From: Vicinamibacterales bacterium
Lineage (GTDB): Bacteria > Acidobacteriota > Vicinamibacteria > Vicinamibacterales > UBA823
Reading direction: 5' to 3'
Assembly (NCBI GenBank): GCA_965197385.1
Contig: CBDANA010000006.1
Coordinates: 69,013 to 133,012 of the forward strand
DNA: 64,000 nt
Every line of letters starts with the position of its first letter. Within the stretch, counting starts at the first letter, position 1. This document shows positions 36,981 through 61,304 of this stretch, piece by piece. The position numbers were made by a program, and so were the translations under genes. A model generated the notes under the pieces. It had not been told where the DNA came from and ran no database searches. It saw nothing but the letters and a program-made list of their open reading frames with translations.

Positions 36981-37517
36981 TCATACGCCCGTCTTACCGA
37001 CCTTTTTCTTCAGCACTTCGCCGGTGTAGCGGATCCCCTTCTGCTTATACGGATCCGGCTTCCGCAGTAACCGGATGTTGGCGGCGACCTGACCGACGAG
37101 CTGCCGATCGATGCCAGATACGACGATGTGGTTCTGCTTGTCTACCTTCACGTCGATCCCGTTCGGGAGTTCGAACACGACCGGATGTGAATACCCCAAC
37201 GCGAACACGATCTGCCGTCCCTTGACTTCGGCGCGGTAGCCGACCCCCACGATGTCGAGCTCGCGGGTGAACCCCTCGGACACACCGTGAACGGCGTTCG
37301 CCACCAGACTGCGCGCCAGCCCATGAAACTTGCTCAAGCCCGGTTCCTGACCCACGATGCGCGCCTCGAGTGTCGAGTCGTTCAGTTCGAAGGCGATCCC
37401 CGGGGGGAAGGACTGCACCAACTGTCCCTTCGGTCCTTTCACGTCAACGGCGCCAGCGTCGACCTTGACGGTCACGCCCGCGGGCACCGGAATCGGCATC
37501 TTGCCAACACGAGACAT
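36981..37517 (-). CDS. rplF: 50S ribosomal protein L6
   Basis: [33 protein letters not shown]... Confidence 0.95.
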   Translation of the reverse strand: MSRVGKMPIPVPAGVTVKVDAGAVDVKGPKGQLVQSFPPGIAFELNDSTLEARIVGQEPGLSKFHGLARSLVANAVHGVSEGFTRELDIVGVGYRAEVKGRQIVFALGYSHPVVFELPNGIDVKVDKQNHIVVSGIDRQLVGQVAANIRLLRKPDPYKQKGIRYTGEVLKKKVGKTGV

Positions 37518-37527
37518 TTCTGGTCAC

Positions 37528-37938
37528 CTACCACACGTTGCAGAGCACTTCGCCGCCGACGCCGGCGTGCACGGCCTGGCGACCCGTCATCACGCCGCGC
37601 GACGTCGTCAGGATGTTCGTGCCGAGGCCGGCGAGCACCTTCGGCACGGCGTCCCGCCGGAAATAGACGCGTCGTCCCGGCCGGCTGACCCGGTGAATAC
37701 CGGTGATGACTCGCTCCCCGCGCGACCCGTACTTCAGGATGATGCGAATCGTCTTCTGGACACCGCCGTTCACGCCGGGCGTCGCATCCAGTATCGTGAA
37801 GCCCTGGATATAGCCTTCGTCGTGGAGAATTCGCGCAATCTCAGCTTTCAGCTTCGACAACGGTACGTCAACGCGCTCATGCCTCGCGACGGTGGCGTTC
37901 CGAATTCGCGTCAGCATGTCCGCAACCGGATCAGTCAT
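37528..37938 (-). CDS. rpsH: 30S ribosomal protein S8
   Basis: [31 protein letters not shown]... Confidence 0.95.
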   Translation of the reverse strand: MTDPVADMLTRIRNATVARHERVDVPLSKLKAEIARILHDEGYIQGFTILDATPGVNGGVQKTIRIILKYGSRGERVITGIHRVSRPGRRVYFRRDAVPKVLAGLGTNILTTSRGVMTGRQAVHAGVGGEVLCNVW

Positions 37939-37960
37939 GACTTGTTACTCCTACACCGCC

Positions 37961-38022
37961 TTAGCAGCCCGTGGCGACACCGTCCCCAGGGGTCGGAGCT
38001 TCGTCGCCGGTCTCGCCGCGGC
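37961..38022. repeat. Mini SIR-arm hairpin between rpsZ and rpsH
   Basis: TTAGCAGCCCGTGGCGACACCGTCCCCAGGGGTCGGAGCTTCGTCGCCGG. It starts with the SIR 5' arm consensus and forms a GGCGAC...GTCGCC hairpin. Confidence 0.55.
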
Positions 38023-38026
38023 GGGG

Positions 38027-38212
38027 TTACCAGCTGCTCTTGATCACGCCGACGATATCGCCCTGCAACGCCAGCGCCCGGAAACACAAGCGACACAGCG
38101 CAAACTTGCGCATGTAGGCGCGCGGGCGACCGCAGCGCCAGCACCGGTTCCTCCGGCGCACTTTAAACTTCGGCGTCTTGCGCGCCTTGGCTCTCATCGC
38201 GGTAGTGGCCAT
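38027..38212 (-). CDS. rpsZ: 30S ribosomal protein S14 type Z (zinc-binding)
   Basis: [61 protein letters not shown]. Confidence 0.9.
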   Translation of the reverse strand: MATTAMRAKARKTPKFKVRRRNRCWRCGRPRAYMRKFALCRLCFRALALQGDIVGVIKSSW

Positions 38213-38249
38213 ATCCTGCACCTCGGCGTCGTGCCGCGCACGCCCGCCG

Positions 38250-38792
38250 TCAATTCGTCCGAAACGGCATCCCCATTAACTGCAGCAACTTCCGGCCCTC
38301 TTCGTCGGTTCGCGCCGTCGTGACGACGGAAACGTTCATCCCCCGCTCCTTGTCGGCCTTCATGTAGTCGATCTCGGGAAAGATCAGCTGATCCTTCAGA
38401 CCGAGGGTGTAATTGCCGCGGCCATCGAACCCGCGCGGCGATACCCCGCGGAAGTCGCGCACCCGAGGTAGCGCGACAGAAATCAGGCGATCTAAAAACT
38501 CGAACATCCGTTCGCCACGCAGGGTGACCATCGCGCCGATCAGCATGCCCTCGCGTATCTTGAACTGGGCCACCGACTTCTTCGCGCGACGCGGCACGGC
38601 GCGCTGGCCGGTGATCTGCCCTAGCTCGCCCGCGCCGACGTCGACCAGCTTCGCGTTCTGCGTCGCCTCGCCCAGTCCCATGTTGACGACGATTTTCTCA
38701 ACCTTCGGAATGGCCATGACGCTCTTGTAGCCAAATTCGTTCCGGAGCGCCGGCATCACTTCGTTGACGTAGCGTTCCTGGAGGCGGCTCAT
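38250..38792 (-). CDS. rplE: 50S ribosomal protein L5
   Basis: [43 protein letters not shown]... Confidence 0.95.
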   Translation of the reverse strand: MSRLQERYVNEVMPALRNEFGYKSVMAIPKVEKIVVNMGLGEATQNAKLVDVGAGELGQITGQRAVPRRAKKSVAQFKIREGMLIGAMVTLRGERMFEFLDRLISVALPRVRDFRGVSPRGFDGRGNYTLGLKDQLIFPEIDYMKADKERGMNVSVVTTARTDEEGRKLLQLMGMPFRTN

Positions 38793-39121
38793 TTATCGAC
38801 CACTCCCTCACACTTGCGGCAAATCCGCACCTTGCGACCGTCGTCGAGCACCTGTCGTCCGATTCGGGTCGCCGCGCCGCATTCCGGGCACACCAGCTGC
38901 ACGTTGGACGCATGCAGCGACGCCTCGCGCTCAACGATGCCACCCTTGATGTTCTTGCCGGGGTTCGCCTTCGTGTGGCGCTTGATAAAATTCACGCCTT
39001 CGACGACGACCCGGTTCGTAGCCGGAATGACGCGCAGCACGCGTCCGCGCTTGCCACGGTCGCGTCCGGCCATCACCAGGACGTTGTCGTTCCGTCGAAT
39101 CGGTGTCTGCAAACGGGGCAT
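38789..39121 (-). CDS. rplX: 50S ribosomal protein L24 (with CxxC...CxxC C-terminal zinc-ribbon-like segment)
   Basis: [31 protein letters not shown]...CPECG...CRKC. Start taken at the ATG at 39121. Confidence 0.9.
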   Translation of the reverse strand: MPRLQTPIRRNDNVLVMAGRDRGKRGRVLRVIPATNRVVVEGVNFIKRHTKANPGKNIKGGIVEREASLHASNVQLVCPECGAATRIGRQVLDDGRKVRICRKCEGVVDK

Positions 39122-39155
39122 GACGCCTCTCACCTCACCGTCGTCGTCGGCCGGC

Positions 39156-39524
39156 TTACAGCACCTCCGGCGCCAACGACACAATCTTCATGAACTTGCG
39201 CTCGCGCAATTCCCGCGCGACCGGACCGAACACCCGCGTGCCAATCGGCTCCTTCTGCTCGTTGATCAGGACGGCGGCGTTTCGATCGAACCGGATGTAG
39301 CTGCCGTCGCGCCGGCGCTGTTCCTTACGCGTCCGTACGATCACGGCCCGGACCACCTGGCCCTTCTTCACGGTCGAATCCGGCGTGGCTTCCTTCACCG
39401 ACGCCGTCACGATGTCGCCCAATCGAGCGTACCGGCCGGTCGAACCGCCGAGTGGCTTGATGACGGCGATCTTCCTGGCACCCGAGTTGTCGGCCACGTC
39501 GAGGACCGTTTGCATCTGAATCAT
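39156..39524 (-). CDS. rplN: 50S ribosomal protein L14
   Basis: [28 protein letters not shown]... Confidence 0.95.
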   Translation of the reverse strand: MIQMQTVLDVADNSGARKIAVIKPLGGSTGRYARLGDIVTASVKEATPDSTVKKGQVVRAVIVRTRKEQRRRDGSYIRFDRNAAVLINEQKEPIGTRVFGPVARELRERKFMKIVSLAPEVL

Positions 39525-39543
39525 CGCACCTGCTCCGCTCGTC

Positions 39544-39792
39544 CTACCGCGCCCGCTCGACGACGCGCGTCACCACCCACCGCTTCCGCCGACTCATCGG
39601 CCGGCTTTCGACGATGGCCACGCGGTCGCCGACCTTGACGTCGTTCGCCGCGTCGTGCGCCATGAATTTCGACGTGCGGCGCTGGGTCTTTCCGTAGAGT
39701 CGATGCCGTATCTGGCGTTCGACTGCGACGACGACACTCTTGTCCATCTTGTCGCTGACGACGACGCCTTGCACTTCAGATTTCGTAGCCAT
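39544..39792 (-). CDS. rpsQ: 30S ribosomal protein S17
   Basis: 82 aa, ...[29 protein letters not shown]... Confidence 0.95.
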   Translation of the reverse strand: MATKSEVQGVVVSDKMDKSVVVAVERQIRHRLYGKTQRRTSKFMAHDAANDVKVGDRVAIVESRPMSRRKRWVVTRVVERAR

Positions 39793-39796
39793 CGCG

Positions 39797-40033
39797 TTAC
39801 TCGCCTGCCGTATCGCCGGTCGCTCCGGCCACGGCCTCCTGGGTCCCCTCGTGCTCTCTCAGCAGTGTCTTCACGCGCGCGAGATCGTGCCGCGCGCCAC
39901 GGAGCTTTCCCGGCGAATCCAGCTGCCCCATCGACTTCTGAATACGCAGCCGGAAGACCTGCTCATCGAGGTCGTGCTCGCGCTGCCGCAGATCCTCGTC
40001 GCTGAGGTCGCGAAATTCCGAGATCTTCGTCAT
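39797..40033 (-). CDS. rpmC: 50S ribosomal protein L29
   Basis: 78 aa, ...[29 protein letters not shown]... Confidence 0.9.
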   Translation of the reverse strand: MTKISEFRDLSDEDLRQREHDLDEQVFRLRIQKSMGQLDSPGKLRGARHDLARVKTLLREHEGTQEAVAGATGDTAGE

Positions 40034-40452
40034 GACGCTGGTTCCGCGAAGCGAGTAGCGAAGCGGGTCCGAATCGGTAACTTGGCCGCCGCCCGGCGCA
40101 TCGCCTCACGCGCGTCGGCCTCGTTCACTCCCTCCATCTCGAAAAGAATGCGACCCCGCCGGACAACCGCCACCCACTGCTCAGGCGACCCCTTGCCCTT
40201 GCCCATGCGCGTCTCCTGAGGCTTCTTGGTGATCGGCTTGTCGGGAAACACCCGGATCCACACCTTCCCGCCGCGCTTGATGAACCGGGTCATCGCGACA
40301 CGCGCCGCCTCAATCTGACGATCGGTCATCCAGCAGGGCTCGAGCGCCTTCAGGCCAAAGTCGCCGAATGCGACACTGGACCCGCGCCACGCCTTCCCAG
40401 CCATCCGGCCGCGCTGCTGTTTCCGATACTTGACCTTCTTCGGCATCAACAT
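40030..40452 (-). CDS. rplP: 50S ribosomal protein L16
   Basis: [36 protein letters not shown]... Confidence 0.95.
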   Translation of the reverse strand: MLMPKKVKYRKQQRGRMAGKAWRGSSVAFGDFGLKALEPCWMTDRQIEAARVAMTRFIKRGGKVWIRVFPDKPITKKPQETRMGKGKGSPEQWVAVVRRGRILFEMEGVNEADAREAMRRAAAKLPIRTRFATRFAEPAS

Positions 40453-40457
40453 GATCG

Positions 40458-41141
40458 TCAGCCCATCCGCCCCGCGCGCCGCGGCACGCGATATTCCTCT
40501 TCGCGCCCGACGAGCGGACGCAGCCGCTCGCCCTTATAGAGCCAGACCTTGACGCCAATCCGCCCGTACGTCGTCTTGGCTTCAGCGAAGCCGTAGTCGA
40601 TGTCGGCCCGCAGGGTCTGCAGCGGCAACTGCCCACGCAGATACCATTCCGACCGCGCGATCTCGGCTCCGTTCAGCCGCCCGGCAACCTTGATCTTGAT
40701 GCCTCGCGAACCGAAGCGGAGCGCCGACTCGACAGCCTTCCGCATCGCGCGGCGGAACGCCACCCGCTTCTCGAGTTGCAGCGCCACTGACTCACCGATC
40801 AACTGCGCGTCCAGTTCGGGCTTCTGGATCTCCTGGATATTAATGAACACTTCACGGTTGGTGCGCTTCTGCACTTCAGTCTTCAGCTTGTCGACCTCGG
40901 TCCCCTTGCGGCCAATGATGATGCCCGGCCGCGACGTGTGGATGTCGATCTTGAGCTTGTTCGCGGCACGCTCGATCTCGATCTTCGAGACCCCGGCATG
41001 AGCGAAGCGCTGCTTCAAGTCGCGCTTGAGCTCCAGGTCTTCGCGCAACAGTTTCGCGTAGTCCTTGTCGGCGTACCACCGCGATCGCCAGGTCTTGTTG
41101 ACGCCCAGCCGGAATCCGTACGGGTGAACTTTCTGCCCCAT
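40458..41141 (-). CDS. rpsC: 30S ribosomal protein S3
   Basis: [32 protein letters not shown]... Confidence 0.95.
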   Translation of the reverse strand: MGQKVHPYGFRLGVNKTWRSRWYADKDYAKLLREDLELKRDLKQRFAHAGVSKIEIERAANKLKIDIHTSRPGIIIGRKGTEVDKLKTEVQKRTNREVFINIQEIQKPELDAQLIGESVALQLEKRVAFRRAMRKAVESALRFGSRGIKIKVAGRLNGAEIARSEWYLRGQLPLQTLRADIDYGFAEAKTTYGRIGVKVWLYKGERLRPLVGREEEYRVPRRAGRMG

Positions 41142-41150
41142 GGCTGTCCT

Positions 41151-41639
41151 TTAGTGCCTCGATTTCGTCGTCTTCTTCGCCGTCTTGGCGTTGCGCCTCA
41201 CCACGGTTTTGCGCGCCGCGCGCTTCCGCGCCCGCGCCGGCGTCGCCGTCTCGGCCGCCGGTTCGTCGCCCGTCACGGTTTCGACTGGCGCCGCGGCCAC
41301 TCGCTCCCGCACGTGCACGGTCAGATGCGCCAGCCGCTTCACGATCTGGAACGCGCGCCCCATCGGGGCCGGTCGGACGCGCTTCACCGACGGCCCTTCG
41401 TTCGCGTAACAGGCCGACACGACGAGCTGCTCGACGTCGCCGCTGAAACCGTCCTTCTGCTGCGCGTTGGCGATGGCCGATCGGAGGACTTTCTCGATGT
41501 CCTTCGCCACCCGTTTGCGGGCGAACCGCAGCGCAGCTAAGGCGTGGTTCACGTCGCGCCCGCGAATGACGTCTAGCACCAGCTTCGCTTTCTGAACCGA
41601 CGTGCGAACGTAGCGACCCGTTGCCTGCGCTTCAACCAT
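41151..41639 (-). CDS. rplV: 50S ribosomal protein L22 (with basic C-terminal extension)
   Basis: MVEAQATGRYVRTSVQKAKLVLDVIRGRDVNHALAALRF... Confidence 0.95.
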   Translation of the reverse strand: MVEAQATGRYVRTSVQKAKLVLDVIRGRDVNHALAALRFARKRVAKDIEKVLRSAIANAQQKDGFSGDVEQLVVSACYANEGPSVKRVRPAPMGRAFQIVKRLAHLTVHVRERVAAAPVETVTGDEPAAETATPARARKRAARKTVVRRNAKTAKKTTKSRH

Positions 41640-41641
41640 GA

Positions 41642-41953
41642 CTAGTGTCTCGCCCCAAACTTCGCCACACTGCCGACCGCGGCAGCCTTCTCACTCTTCG
41701 TCGTGTGCCCCCTGAAATGGCGGGTCGGCGCGAACTCCCCGAGCTTGTGGCCCACCATGTTCTCAGTCACGTAGATCGGAATAAACTTACGTCCGTTGTG
41801 CACAGCGATGGTGTGCCCGACCATTTCCGGCACCACCGTCGACCGCCGTGACCAAGTCTTGATAACCTTCTTACCGCCGCCGCGATTCATGATCTCGACT
41901 TTCTCCAGTAACGACAGGTCGACGAATGGGCCCTTCTTTAGCGATCTACTCAT
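41642..41953 (-). CDS. rpsS: 30S ribosomal protein S19
   Basis: [20 protein letters not shown]...[33 protein letters not shown]. Start taken at the ATG at 41953. Confidence 0.95.
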   Translation of the reverse strand: MSRSLKKGPFVDLSLLEKVEIMNRGGGKKVIKTWSRRSTVVPEMVGHTIAVHNGRKFIPIYVTENMVGHKLGEFAPTRHFRGHTTKSEKAAAVGSVAKFGARH

Positions 41954-41984
41954 GGTCGTCCTTCGCTCGACGGCGCACGCACCG

Positions 41985-42821
41985 CTACCTCGACCTCCGC
42001 TTCGACCGACGTTGCACGATGAACCGGTCGGTCGCCTTGTGATTGCGCGTCTTGTACCCCTTCGTCGGCATCCCCCACGGCGACACGGGGTGACGCCCGC
42101 CAGCCGTCTTGCCTTCACCGCCCCCGAGCGGGTGGTCCACGGGGTTCATGGCGCTCCCTCGCACGTGAGGGCGCTTGCCCTGCCATCGAGTTCGGCCGGC
42201 CTTGCCGATCGATACGTTCTCGTGATCGACATTACCGACTTGGCCGATCGTCGCGGCGCACTCCATGTTTATCCGGCGCACTTCGCCCGACGGCATCTTG
42301 ACCGATGCATACTGCCCTTCCTTGGCCACGACCCGCACGAACGAACCCGCGCTGCGCGCGATCTGGCCGCCCTTGCCAGGACGCAACTCCACATTGTGAA
42401 CCTGCGTGCCCAGTGGAATGTTCTTGAGCGGTAAGGCGTTGCCGGGCAAGATGTCGACCTGGTCGCCTGCAACGATTGTGTCGCCGACCTTTACGCCGAC
42501 CGGCTGCAGAATGTAGCGCTTCTCGCCATCGGCATAGGTCACCAACGCGATGCGGGCCGACCGGTTGGGGTCGTACTCGATCGTCGACACGGTCGCCGGA
42601 ATGTCGCGTTTGGACCGCTTGAAGTCGATGACGCGGTACCGGCGCTTGTGCCCGCCGCCACGCCACCACGAGGTCAGCTGTCCGGAATTGTTGCGTCCAC
42701 CCGACTTGTGCAACGATTCGGTGAGCGGCTTGTACGGCTCGTCCGTCGTGATTTCGTCGAACGTCTGCACCGTCTGGCGCCGGCGGCCCGCCGAGGTCGG
42801 CTTGTACTTGCGAATGGGCAT
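41985..42821 (-). CDS. rplB: 50S ribosomal protein L2
   Basis: [25 protein letters not shown]..., 278 aa. Confidence 0.95.
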   Translation of the reverse strand: MPIRKYKPTSAGRRRQTVQTFDEITTDEPYKPLTESLHKSGGRNNSGQLTSWWRGGGHKRRYRVIDFKRSKRDIPATVSTIEYDPNRSARIALVTYADGEKRYILQPVGVKVGDTIVAGDQVDILPGNALPLKNIPLGTQVHNVELRPGKGGQIARSAGSFVRVVAKEGQYASVKMPSGEVRRINMECAATIGQVGNVDHENVSIGKAGRTRWQGKRPHVRGSAMNPVDHPLGGGEGKTAGGRHPVSPWGMPTKGYKTRNHKATDRFIVQRRSKRRSR

Positions 42822-42884
42822 CTCTCAACCTTCTCGTCTCGTAGCGCATGCACCGGGGCCGCCATCCGGCGGCTCGTCGAGCGG

Positions 42885-43175
42885 CTAGGCGCCCTCGAGG
42901 AACTCCGGCATTTTCTCTCCGTCGCGAAGGCGCACGTAGGCCTTCTTCCAATCTGGCCGCTGACCAACGAACCGTCCCTGGCGCTTCATCTTGCCATGCA
43001 CGATCGACGTCCGCACACTGGCGACCTTGGCGTTAAACAGCTGCTCAACCGCCTGCCTGATCTCGACCTTGGTCGCGGCGATCGCCACCTGGAACGTGAT
43101 CGTGTGGCCATCTTCGCGCAAGATCGTCGTCTTCTCCGTGATGAGCGGCCGCCGAATGACCTCGGTCAACTTCAT
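42885..43175 (-). CDS. rplW: 50S ribosomal protein L23
   Basis: 96 aa, [22 protein letters not shown]... Confidence 0.95.
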   Translation of the reverse strand: MKLTEVIRRPLITEKTTILREDGHTITFQVAIAATKVEIRQAVEQLFNAKVASVRTSIVHGKMKRQGRFVGQRPDWKKAYVRLRDGEKMPEFLEGA

Positions 43176-43795
43176 TGGGCCAACGCCTCCTGCATCGCTT
43201 CGATCGCCGCCTGCGTGGCAACCACGCGGCGCGCGTCCATGACGTCCCGGGCCGTCACGTGCGTCACGCCGACTAGACGCGCCCCCTGGAGGTTGCGGAC
43301 CGACAGCAGCAGCTTACTGTCCGGTGTGACATCCACGAGCAGCACCCGCTTCCGCCCACCGAGCCGATCGAGCAAGTCGGCAGCCAGCTTCGTCTTCACT
43401 TCACCCAGCGCCAGCGTGTCGACGACGGTAATGGCCCCTTCACTGATCCGCTGCGCCATCGCCGACCGCAGCGCGCCGCGGCGCATTTTCCGCGGCAACG
43501 CGTAGTCGTAGCTGCGCGGCTGCGGGCCGAAGACCGTGCCGCCCTTGCGCCAGAGCGGGCTCCTGATCTCGCCGACGCGGGCCCGACCGGTGCCCTTTTG
43601 CCGCCATGGCTTCTTACCGCTGCCGCTGACGACGCCGCGAGTCTTCGTGGCAGCCGTGCCGCGGCGGTCCGCGGCGTTCTGATGAACCACGGCTTCCCAG
43701 ATCAGCCCCGTGTTGACACGCCCGCCGAAGACCTTCGGGTCGAGTTCGAGTGACCCGACCTTCTCGTTCTGATCGTTGACCACGTCTACGGTCAT
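43172..43795 (-). CDS. rplD: 50S ribosomal protein L4
   Basis: 207 aa, ...[37 protein letters not shown]... Confidence 0.95.
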   Translation of the reverse strand: MTVDVVNDQNEKVGSLELDPKVFGGRVNTGLIWEAVVHQNAADRRGTAATKTRGVVSGSGKKPWRQKGTGRARVGEIRSPLWRKGGTVFGPQPRSYDYALPRKMRRGALRSAMAQRISEGAITVVDTLALGEVKTKLAADLLDRLGGRKRVLLVDVTPDSKLLLSVRNLQGARLVGVTHVTARDVMDARRVVATQAAIEAMQEALAQ

Positions 43796-43822
43796 GCCTT
43801 CTCCAACTCGCCTGGTGCGCCG

Positions 43823-44500
43823 CTACTTTTTACCCGCGCCTGCCGCTTCCTGCACGGCCGGCTCGGGCTTCGCCGCGACTGCCTTGCGCACGACCACATA
43901 GCTGCCCGGGGCGCCAGGAACGGCGCCGCTCACGATGAGCAGGTGATTGTCCGAATCGACCTGCAGCACCCGAAGGCTCTGCACCGTGACTCGGTGGCCC
44001 CCCATCCGGCCAGGACCCCGCATGCCCTTCACGACCCTGGACGGATACGACGACGCACCGATGGAGCCGGGCGCCCGGTGGAACATCGACCCGTGCGAGG
44101 CGGCGCCGCCTCTGAAATTGTGCCGCTTCATCACGCCCTGAAACCCCTTGCCGCGCCCCGTTCCCATGACGTCCACGCGGTCTCCGTCGGCGAAAATCGA
44201 GACCAGCACCTGATCGCCCGCCTTCGCGGGCTCCCCGCCTAAATCGACGCCGATCTCGCGAAGCATCCGGGTCGGCGGAAGACTCGCTTTCTTGAAGTGG
44301 CCGGCCACGGGCTTCGTCACGCGCGCGGGGCGCTCCTCGACGAGACCGAGTTGCACCGCCTCGTATCCGTCACGGGCGGCCGTTTTCGTCTGCACGACCA
44401 CGCACGGCCCCGCCTTGATGACCGTGGCGGGCCACGCCCGCCCCCTCTCGTCGAAGAGGTGGGTCATTCCGACTTTCTTGCCGATGATACCTGTGACCAT
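43823..44500 (-). CDS. rplC: 50S ribosomal protein L3
   Basis: [39 protein letters not shown]... Confidence 0.95.
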   Translation of the reverse strand: MVTGIIGKKVGMTHLFDERGRAWPATVIKAGPCVVVQTKTAARDGYEAVQLGLVEERPARVTKPVAGHFKKASLPPTRMLREIGVDLGGEPAKAGDQVLVSIFADGDRVDVMGTGRGKGFQGVMKRHNFRGGAASHGSMFHRAPGSIGASSYPSRVVKGMRGPGRMGGHRVTVQSLRVLQVDSDNHLLIVSGAVPGAPGSYVVVRKAVAAKPEPAVQEAAGAGKK

Positions 44501-44518
44501 GCTGGCTCCTGGTCGTCC

Positions 44519-44851
<333 letters not shown>

Positions 44852-44871
44852 CTCGTCTTCCTTGGTCTCGC

Positions 44872-46059
<1,188 letters not shown>

Positions 46060-46126
46060 GTCGTCCCTCTCCTCCACGCCTCAACCGGCCCGGCGCCGCC
46101 GACGCGTCAGCCCCTGGCAGCGTGCG

Positions 46127-48232
<2,106 letters not shown>

Positions 48233-48471
48233 TGCTCTTAACGTCTTACCTGCGATGTCTGGTGAACGCCCCAGGGCCTGTCGCACAGCAGGCCGCTTCA
48301 ATCAACGTTCGCTTCCCAAAGGAGGCGAATACAGCGGCTACCACCGGTAGTGGGCAAAGGCCCCAAGCCTGCCTCACGGCAGGCCGTTCAGACAAAGCTC
48401 GCCTCGGGCAAATAAAGCCGCCGTCGTTCCCGCCAGATACCGCGAAGTGCTAATTCGCCACTACGACCCCG

Positions 48472-48945
48472 TCACCACCGATAGTGCGCGAAGGCTTTAT
48501 TCGCCTCTGCCATCCGGTGCGTGTCTTCCCGCTTCTTGACCGCCGACCCATGCAGATTCGACGCGTCGATCAGCTCGTTGGCCAACTTCTCGCGCATCGT
48601 CTTGCCGTCCCTCCGGGCGCGCGCGTAACCGACCAGCCAGCGAATGCTGAGTGACAGTCGCCGGTTCTGATGGACTTCGATCGGCACCTGGTAGTTCGCG
48701 CCGCCGACGCGGCGCGACTTCACCTCGAGCGTCGGCTTCACGTTGTCGAGCGCCTTCTTGAACACTTTCAGCGGGTCGTCGCCCGTCCGCTCCTTGATGA
48801 TGTCCAGCGAACCATACAGGATGCCCTCAGCCGTGCTACGCTTGCCGCTCAGCATGATCGACCGCAGGAACCTCGTCACCAGCACGCTGTTGTAGAGCGG
48901 ATCCGGCGGAACATCGCGTTTCGGAATTTCGCGTCGACGTGGCAT
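48472..48945 (-). CDS. rpsG: 30S ribosomal protein S7
   Basis: [42 protein letters not shown]... Confidence 0.95.
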   Translation of the reverse strand: MPRRREIPKRDVPPDPLYNSVLVTRFLRSIMLSGKRSTAEGILYGSLDIIKERTGDDPLKVFKKALDNVKPTLEVKSRRVGGANYQVPIEVHQNRRLSLSIRWLVGYARARRDGKTMREKLANELIDASNLHGSAVKKREDTHRMAEANKAFAHYRW

Positions 48946-48948
48946 GAC

Positions 48949-49323
48949 CTACACCTTCGGCCGTTTGGCGCCGTATTTCGAGCGGGACTGCTTTCTTCCT
49001 TCCACGCCCACCGCGTCTAACGTGCCGCGTATCACGTGGTAGCGCACGCCCGGCAGGTCCTTCACCCGCCCGCCCCGGATCAGCACGAGCGAGTGTTCCT
49101 GCAGGTTGTGTCCAACGCCTGGGATGTAGGAGGTGACCTCGATTCCGTTGGTCAATCGCACCCGGGCGACCTTGCGCAACGCGGAGTTCGGCTTCTTAGG
49201 CGTCTGCGTGAAGACCCGCACACACACCCCGCGCTTCTGAGGACTTTCCTGCAGCGCAGGGCTCTTGGTCTTCGTCGTGATCTTTTTGCGCCCTCGACGG
49301 ACGAGTTGACTGATAGTCGGCAC
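48949..49323 (-). CDS. rpsL: 30S ribosomal protein S12
   Basis: (M)[54 protein letters not shown] at 49323 gives the canonical N-terminus; an alternative GTG lies at 49329. Confidence 0.93.
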   Translation of the reverse strand: MPTISQLVRRGRKKITTKTKSPALQESPQKRGVCVRVFTQTPKKPNSALRKVARVRLTNGIEVTSYIPGVGHNLQEHSLVLIRGGRVKDLPGVRYHVIRGTLDAVGVEGRKQSRSKYGAKRPKV

Positions 49324-49747
49324 GAACACTCCCTGGGCCGCACAGCCCGCCGGAAAGACACGGAACCCCCTCCGTCTCCTCGGCCGAGACGTGCTTAGCG
49401 GCCGGACACTGCTCCAGGCCTAGAAATGACGCCGTGCGTCGATTTGGCGCCTGGAAACCCGAATACCCTATTCGTGAGTTCGTGCGGGGAATCCGTTCAG
49501 GGACCCGCGATCACTCAGGGAAGAAGCACGACGGGCACTTCTCCTTCTGCCTTCCGCTTCTCGCAGCGCTGAGCGAAGCTAGATAGGGCCTCCTAGCTCC
49601 GACAAAACCGTACGACGATAGCACAACCCCAAAACCAGAAGCAAGTCTCTCGATTGATTGGACTTAGCGACTTCGTCTGGCGTCCGGCGGCTGGCAGCTG
49701 GACGCTTCGCCCAGCCTTCCGTCTCGAGTGCTCTCAGAAACGCTGCC

Positions 49748-49768
49748 AGTCAGTAGTCAGAAGTCAGA
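49748..49768 (-). repeat. Triple heptamer (minus strand TCTGACT TCTGACT ACTGACT) 30-50 nt downstream of the rpoC stop
   Basis: Read directly. Three TGA spaced 7 nt apart give stops in all three frames. Confidence 0.9.
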
Positions 49769-49796
49769 CCAAGTCTGGGTGAATCAGTTTACTCGT

Positions 49797-54011
<4,215 letters not shown>

Positions 54012-54076
54012 GTAATCCTTCGTCCCGAATGCGCATCCGGACCCGGCCGCTCACCGGACCCCAACGATACGCGAAG

Positions 54077-58387
<4,311 letters not shown>

Positions 58388-58544
58388 GCTTTACTGGACC
58401 CACGGCACGGTCGTGACAGCGGACCGGCGGACACACGCGATAACATCGAGCTCGCGGCCGCGCCACTCGATTCGGCGCGCCCGAACTCCGTTCGACGAGC
58501 GCCGCCCCGGGTCGACCGGCGCGACGCTCCCACAGCCGAGATGG

Positions 58545-58934
58545 CTACTTGATCTCGACTTTAGCGCCGACTGCTTCGAATTTCGTCTGGATCGCCTCGG
58601 CCTCGGCCTTGGGAATACCTTCCTTGAGGACCTTCGGCGCAGCCTCCACCAAGTCCTTCGCCTCCTTCAGACCCAGGCTCGTCACTTCGCGCACGGCCTT
58701 GATGACATTGATCTTCTTGGCACCAAAGTCAATCAGGGTCACCGTGAACTCGGTCTGCTCCTCCACGGCCGCCGTGCCAACACCGGCCGCGCCGGCCACC
58801 GCGCCGGCCACCGCCACCGGCATGGCCGCCGACACACCCAACTCTTCCTCGAGGGCCTTGACGAGCTGCGAGAGCTCCATGACCGAGATGCCCTTGATAT
58901 ATTCGACTACCTGTTCTTGCGTCACTTCATCCAC
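58545..58934 (-). CDS. rplL: 50S ribosomal protein L7/L12
   Basis: 129 aa, ...[22 protein letters not shown]...[25 protein letters not shown]... Confidence 0.95.
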   Translation of the reverse strand: MDEVTQEQVVEYIKGISVMELSQLVKALEEELGVSAAMPVAVAGAVAGAAGVGTAAVEEQTEFTVTLIDFGAKKINVIKAVREVTSLGLKEAKDLVEAAPKVLKEGIPKAEAEAIQTKFEAVGAKVEIK

Positions 58935-58987
58935 CCTTCGTTCTCCTAACCTGACCCGATCACACGCGCCACGAACCCCGCGGTGAA

Positions 58988-59512
58988 TTAGTCGCCCTTC
59001 TTCGTTTCAATTTGTGACAGGACGTTCATGAAATTGCGCGGCACACCGCTGAGCACCGTGACCAGCTGGCTTATCGACGCCTGCAAGACGGACAGCAACG
59101 TGGCGTAGATCTCGGGCTTGCTCGGCAGCGCGGCGAGATCCGCGACCTCCGCCGGCGTGAAGCTCCGACCCTGCACGATGGCCGCCTTGACCCTCAGCAC
59201 GGGCGCGGTCCTGGCGAACGTCGTCAGCGCCCTGACCAGCGGCACCGGGTCTGTCTCCGAGTAGGCAACAGCGTTGGTACCCACGAACGACTCTCCGAGC
59301 GCTTCGAATGCGCTGCCCTTCACCGCTCGCTTGGCTAGAGTGTTCTTCACGACCCGATACTGGGCATCGGCCTTGTGGACCTGGCGGCGCAATTCCGTCG
59401 CCGCCGGCACGTCGAGGCCCGTGAAATCGAGGAGGACAACGCCCTCTGCTGCCTTGAACATCGACTCCAGCTCTTGCTGCTGGGCTTCCTTGTCCGCTCT
59501 CCTTACCGCCAT
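58988..59512 (-). CDS. rplJ: 50S ribosomal protein L10
   Basis: 174 aa, [45 protein letters not shown]... Confidence 0.93.
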   Translation of the reverse strand: MAVRRADKEAQQQELESMFKAAEGVVLLDFTGLDVPAATELRRQVHKADAQYRVVKNTLAKRAVKGSAFEALGESFVGTNAVAYSETDPVPLVRALTTFARTAPVLRVKAAIVQGRSFTPAEVADLAALPSKPEIYATLLSVLQASISQLVTVLSGVPRNFMNVLSQIETKKGD

Positions 59513-59517
59513 GACTC

Positions 59518-60225
59518 CTACATTCCTGCTTTCGTGCCCTCGGCGCTCGCGGGATCGACTTTCACGCCTGGTCCCATCGTCGAGGAGACCGTCACACTCT
59601 TCAGGTACTTCCCCTTGGCAGCCACCGGCTTCGCCTTGACGACGCTGGATACCAGCGCCTGCGCGTTGTCGATCAAGTTCTCGCTCGAGAACGACACCCT
59701 GCCGATCGGCGCATGCACGATCCCCGTCTTGTCGACCCGGAACTCGACCTTGCCCGCCTTGATCTCCTTGACGGCCTTACCGATGTCGAACGTGACCGTG
59801 CCGGTCTTCGGGTTGGGCATGAGACCGCGCGGTCCTAACACCTTGCCGAGCTTGCCGACCGACCGCATCATATCGGGCGCAGCCACGACGGCGTCAAAGT
59901 CCATCCAGCCGCCCTGAATCTTCTCGACCATTTCTTCGCCGCCAACCACGTCCGCCCCGGCCTTTTCGGCCTCCTTCTGCTTCTCGCTCGCCGCGATGAC
60001 CAACACGCGCTTGCTCTTGCCCAGCCCGTGGGGCAGCACGACAGTACCGCGCACCATCTGGTCGGCGTGCTTCGGGTTGACGCCCAGCCGAAGCGCCAAC
60101 TCGACCGTCTCGTCGAACTTCGCGAACGTCACCTTCTGGACGACCGGAATCGCCTCTTCGAGCGAGACCAGCGCCTCTGGCACCTGCGCCTGCGCCGCCG
60201 TGAACTTCTTGGTCTTGCGTTGCAT
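59518..60225 (-). CDS. rplA: 50S ribosomal protein L1
   Basis: [15 protein letters not shown]...[34 protein letters not shown]. Start taken at the ATG at 60225. Confidence 0.93.
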   Translation of the reverse strand: MQRKTKKFTAAQAQVPEALVSLEEAIPVVQKVTFAKFDETVELALRLGVNPKHADQMVRGTVVLPHGLGKSKRVLVIAASEKQKEAEKAGADVVGGEEMVEKIQGGWMDFDAVVAAPDMMRSVGKLGKVLGPRGLMPNPKTGTVTFDIGKAVKEIKAGKVEFRVDKTGIVHAPIGRVSFSSENLIDNAQALVSSVVKAKPVAAKGKYLKSVTVSSTMGPGVKVDPASAEGTKAGM

Positions 60226-60256
60226 GTGCAGCACCCTAGCAGCAAGTGGTGGGCTG

Positions 60257-60682
60257 CTAGGCGGTGACGTCAAGCCCCATCGACCGGGCCGTGCCGGCCA
60301 CAATCTTCACCGCCGCGTCGATCGACTCGCAGTTAAGATCGGGCATCTTCTCTTTGGCGATCTCTTCGACGTCCTTCGTCGAAACGGATCCCACCTTGTT
60401 CTTGTTCGGCTCGCCGGATCCCTTGGCAATGTTCGCCGCACGTTTCAACAGCACGGCGGCGGGCGGCGTCTTCGTGATGAAGCTGTACGACCGGTCGGCG
60501 TAGATCGTGACGACCGCGGGGATGATCAGTCCCTCCTGACTCGCGGTCTTCGCGTTGAACGCCTTGCAGAAGTCCATGATGTGCAGCCCGTGGGGTCCGA
60601 GCGCCGTGCCCACGGGCGGTGCCGGTGTCGCCTTGCCGGCCGCAATCTGGAGCTTCACTTGAGCCAGAACTTTTTTCGCCAT
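60257..60682 (-). CDS. rplK: 50S ribosomal protein L11
   Basis: [44 protein letters not shown]... Confidence 0.95.
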   Translation of the reverse strand: MAKKVLAQVKLQIAAGKATPAPPVGTALGPHGLHIMDFCKAFNAKTASQEGLIIPAVVTIYADRSYSFITKTPPAAVLLKRAANIAKGSGEPNKNKVGSVSTKDVEEIAKEKMPDLNCESIDAAVKIVAGTARSMGLDVTA

Positions 60683-60761
60683 GACGCCTCAGTTTCAGTC
60701 GCGCCGCCGTCGAAGGCTGCACGGTCCTCACGACATCGCGGCCCCGGTCGGCCGCTAGCCG

Positions 60762-61300
<539 letters not shown>

Positions 61301-61304
<4 letters not shown>

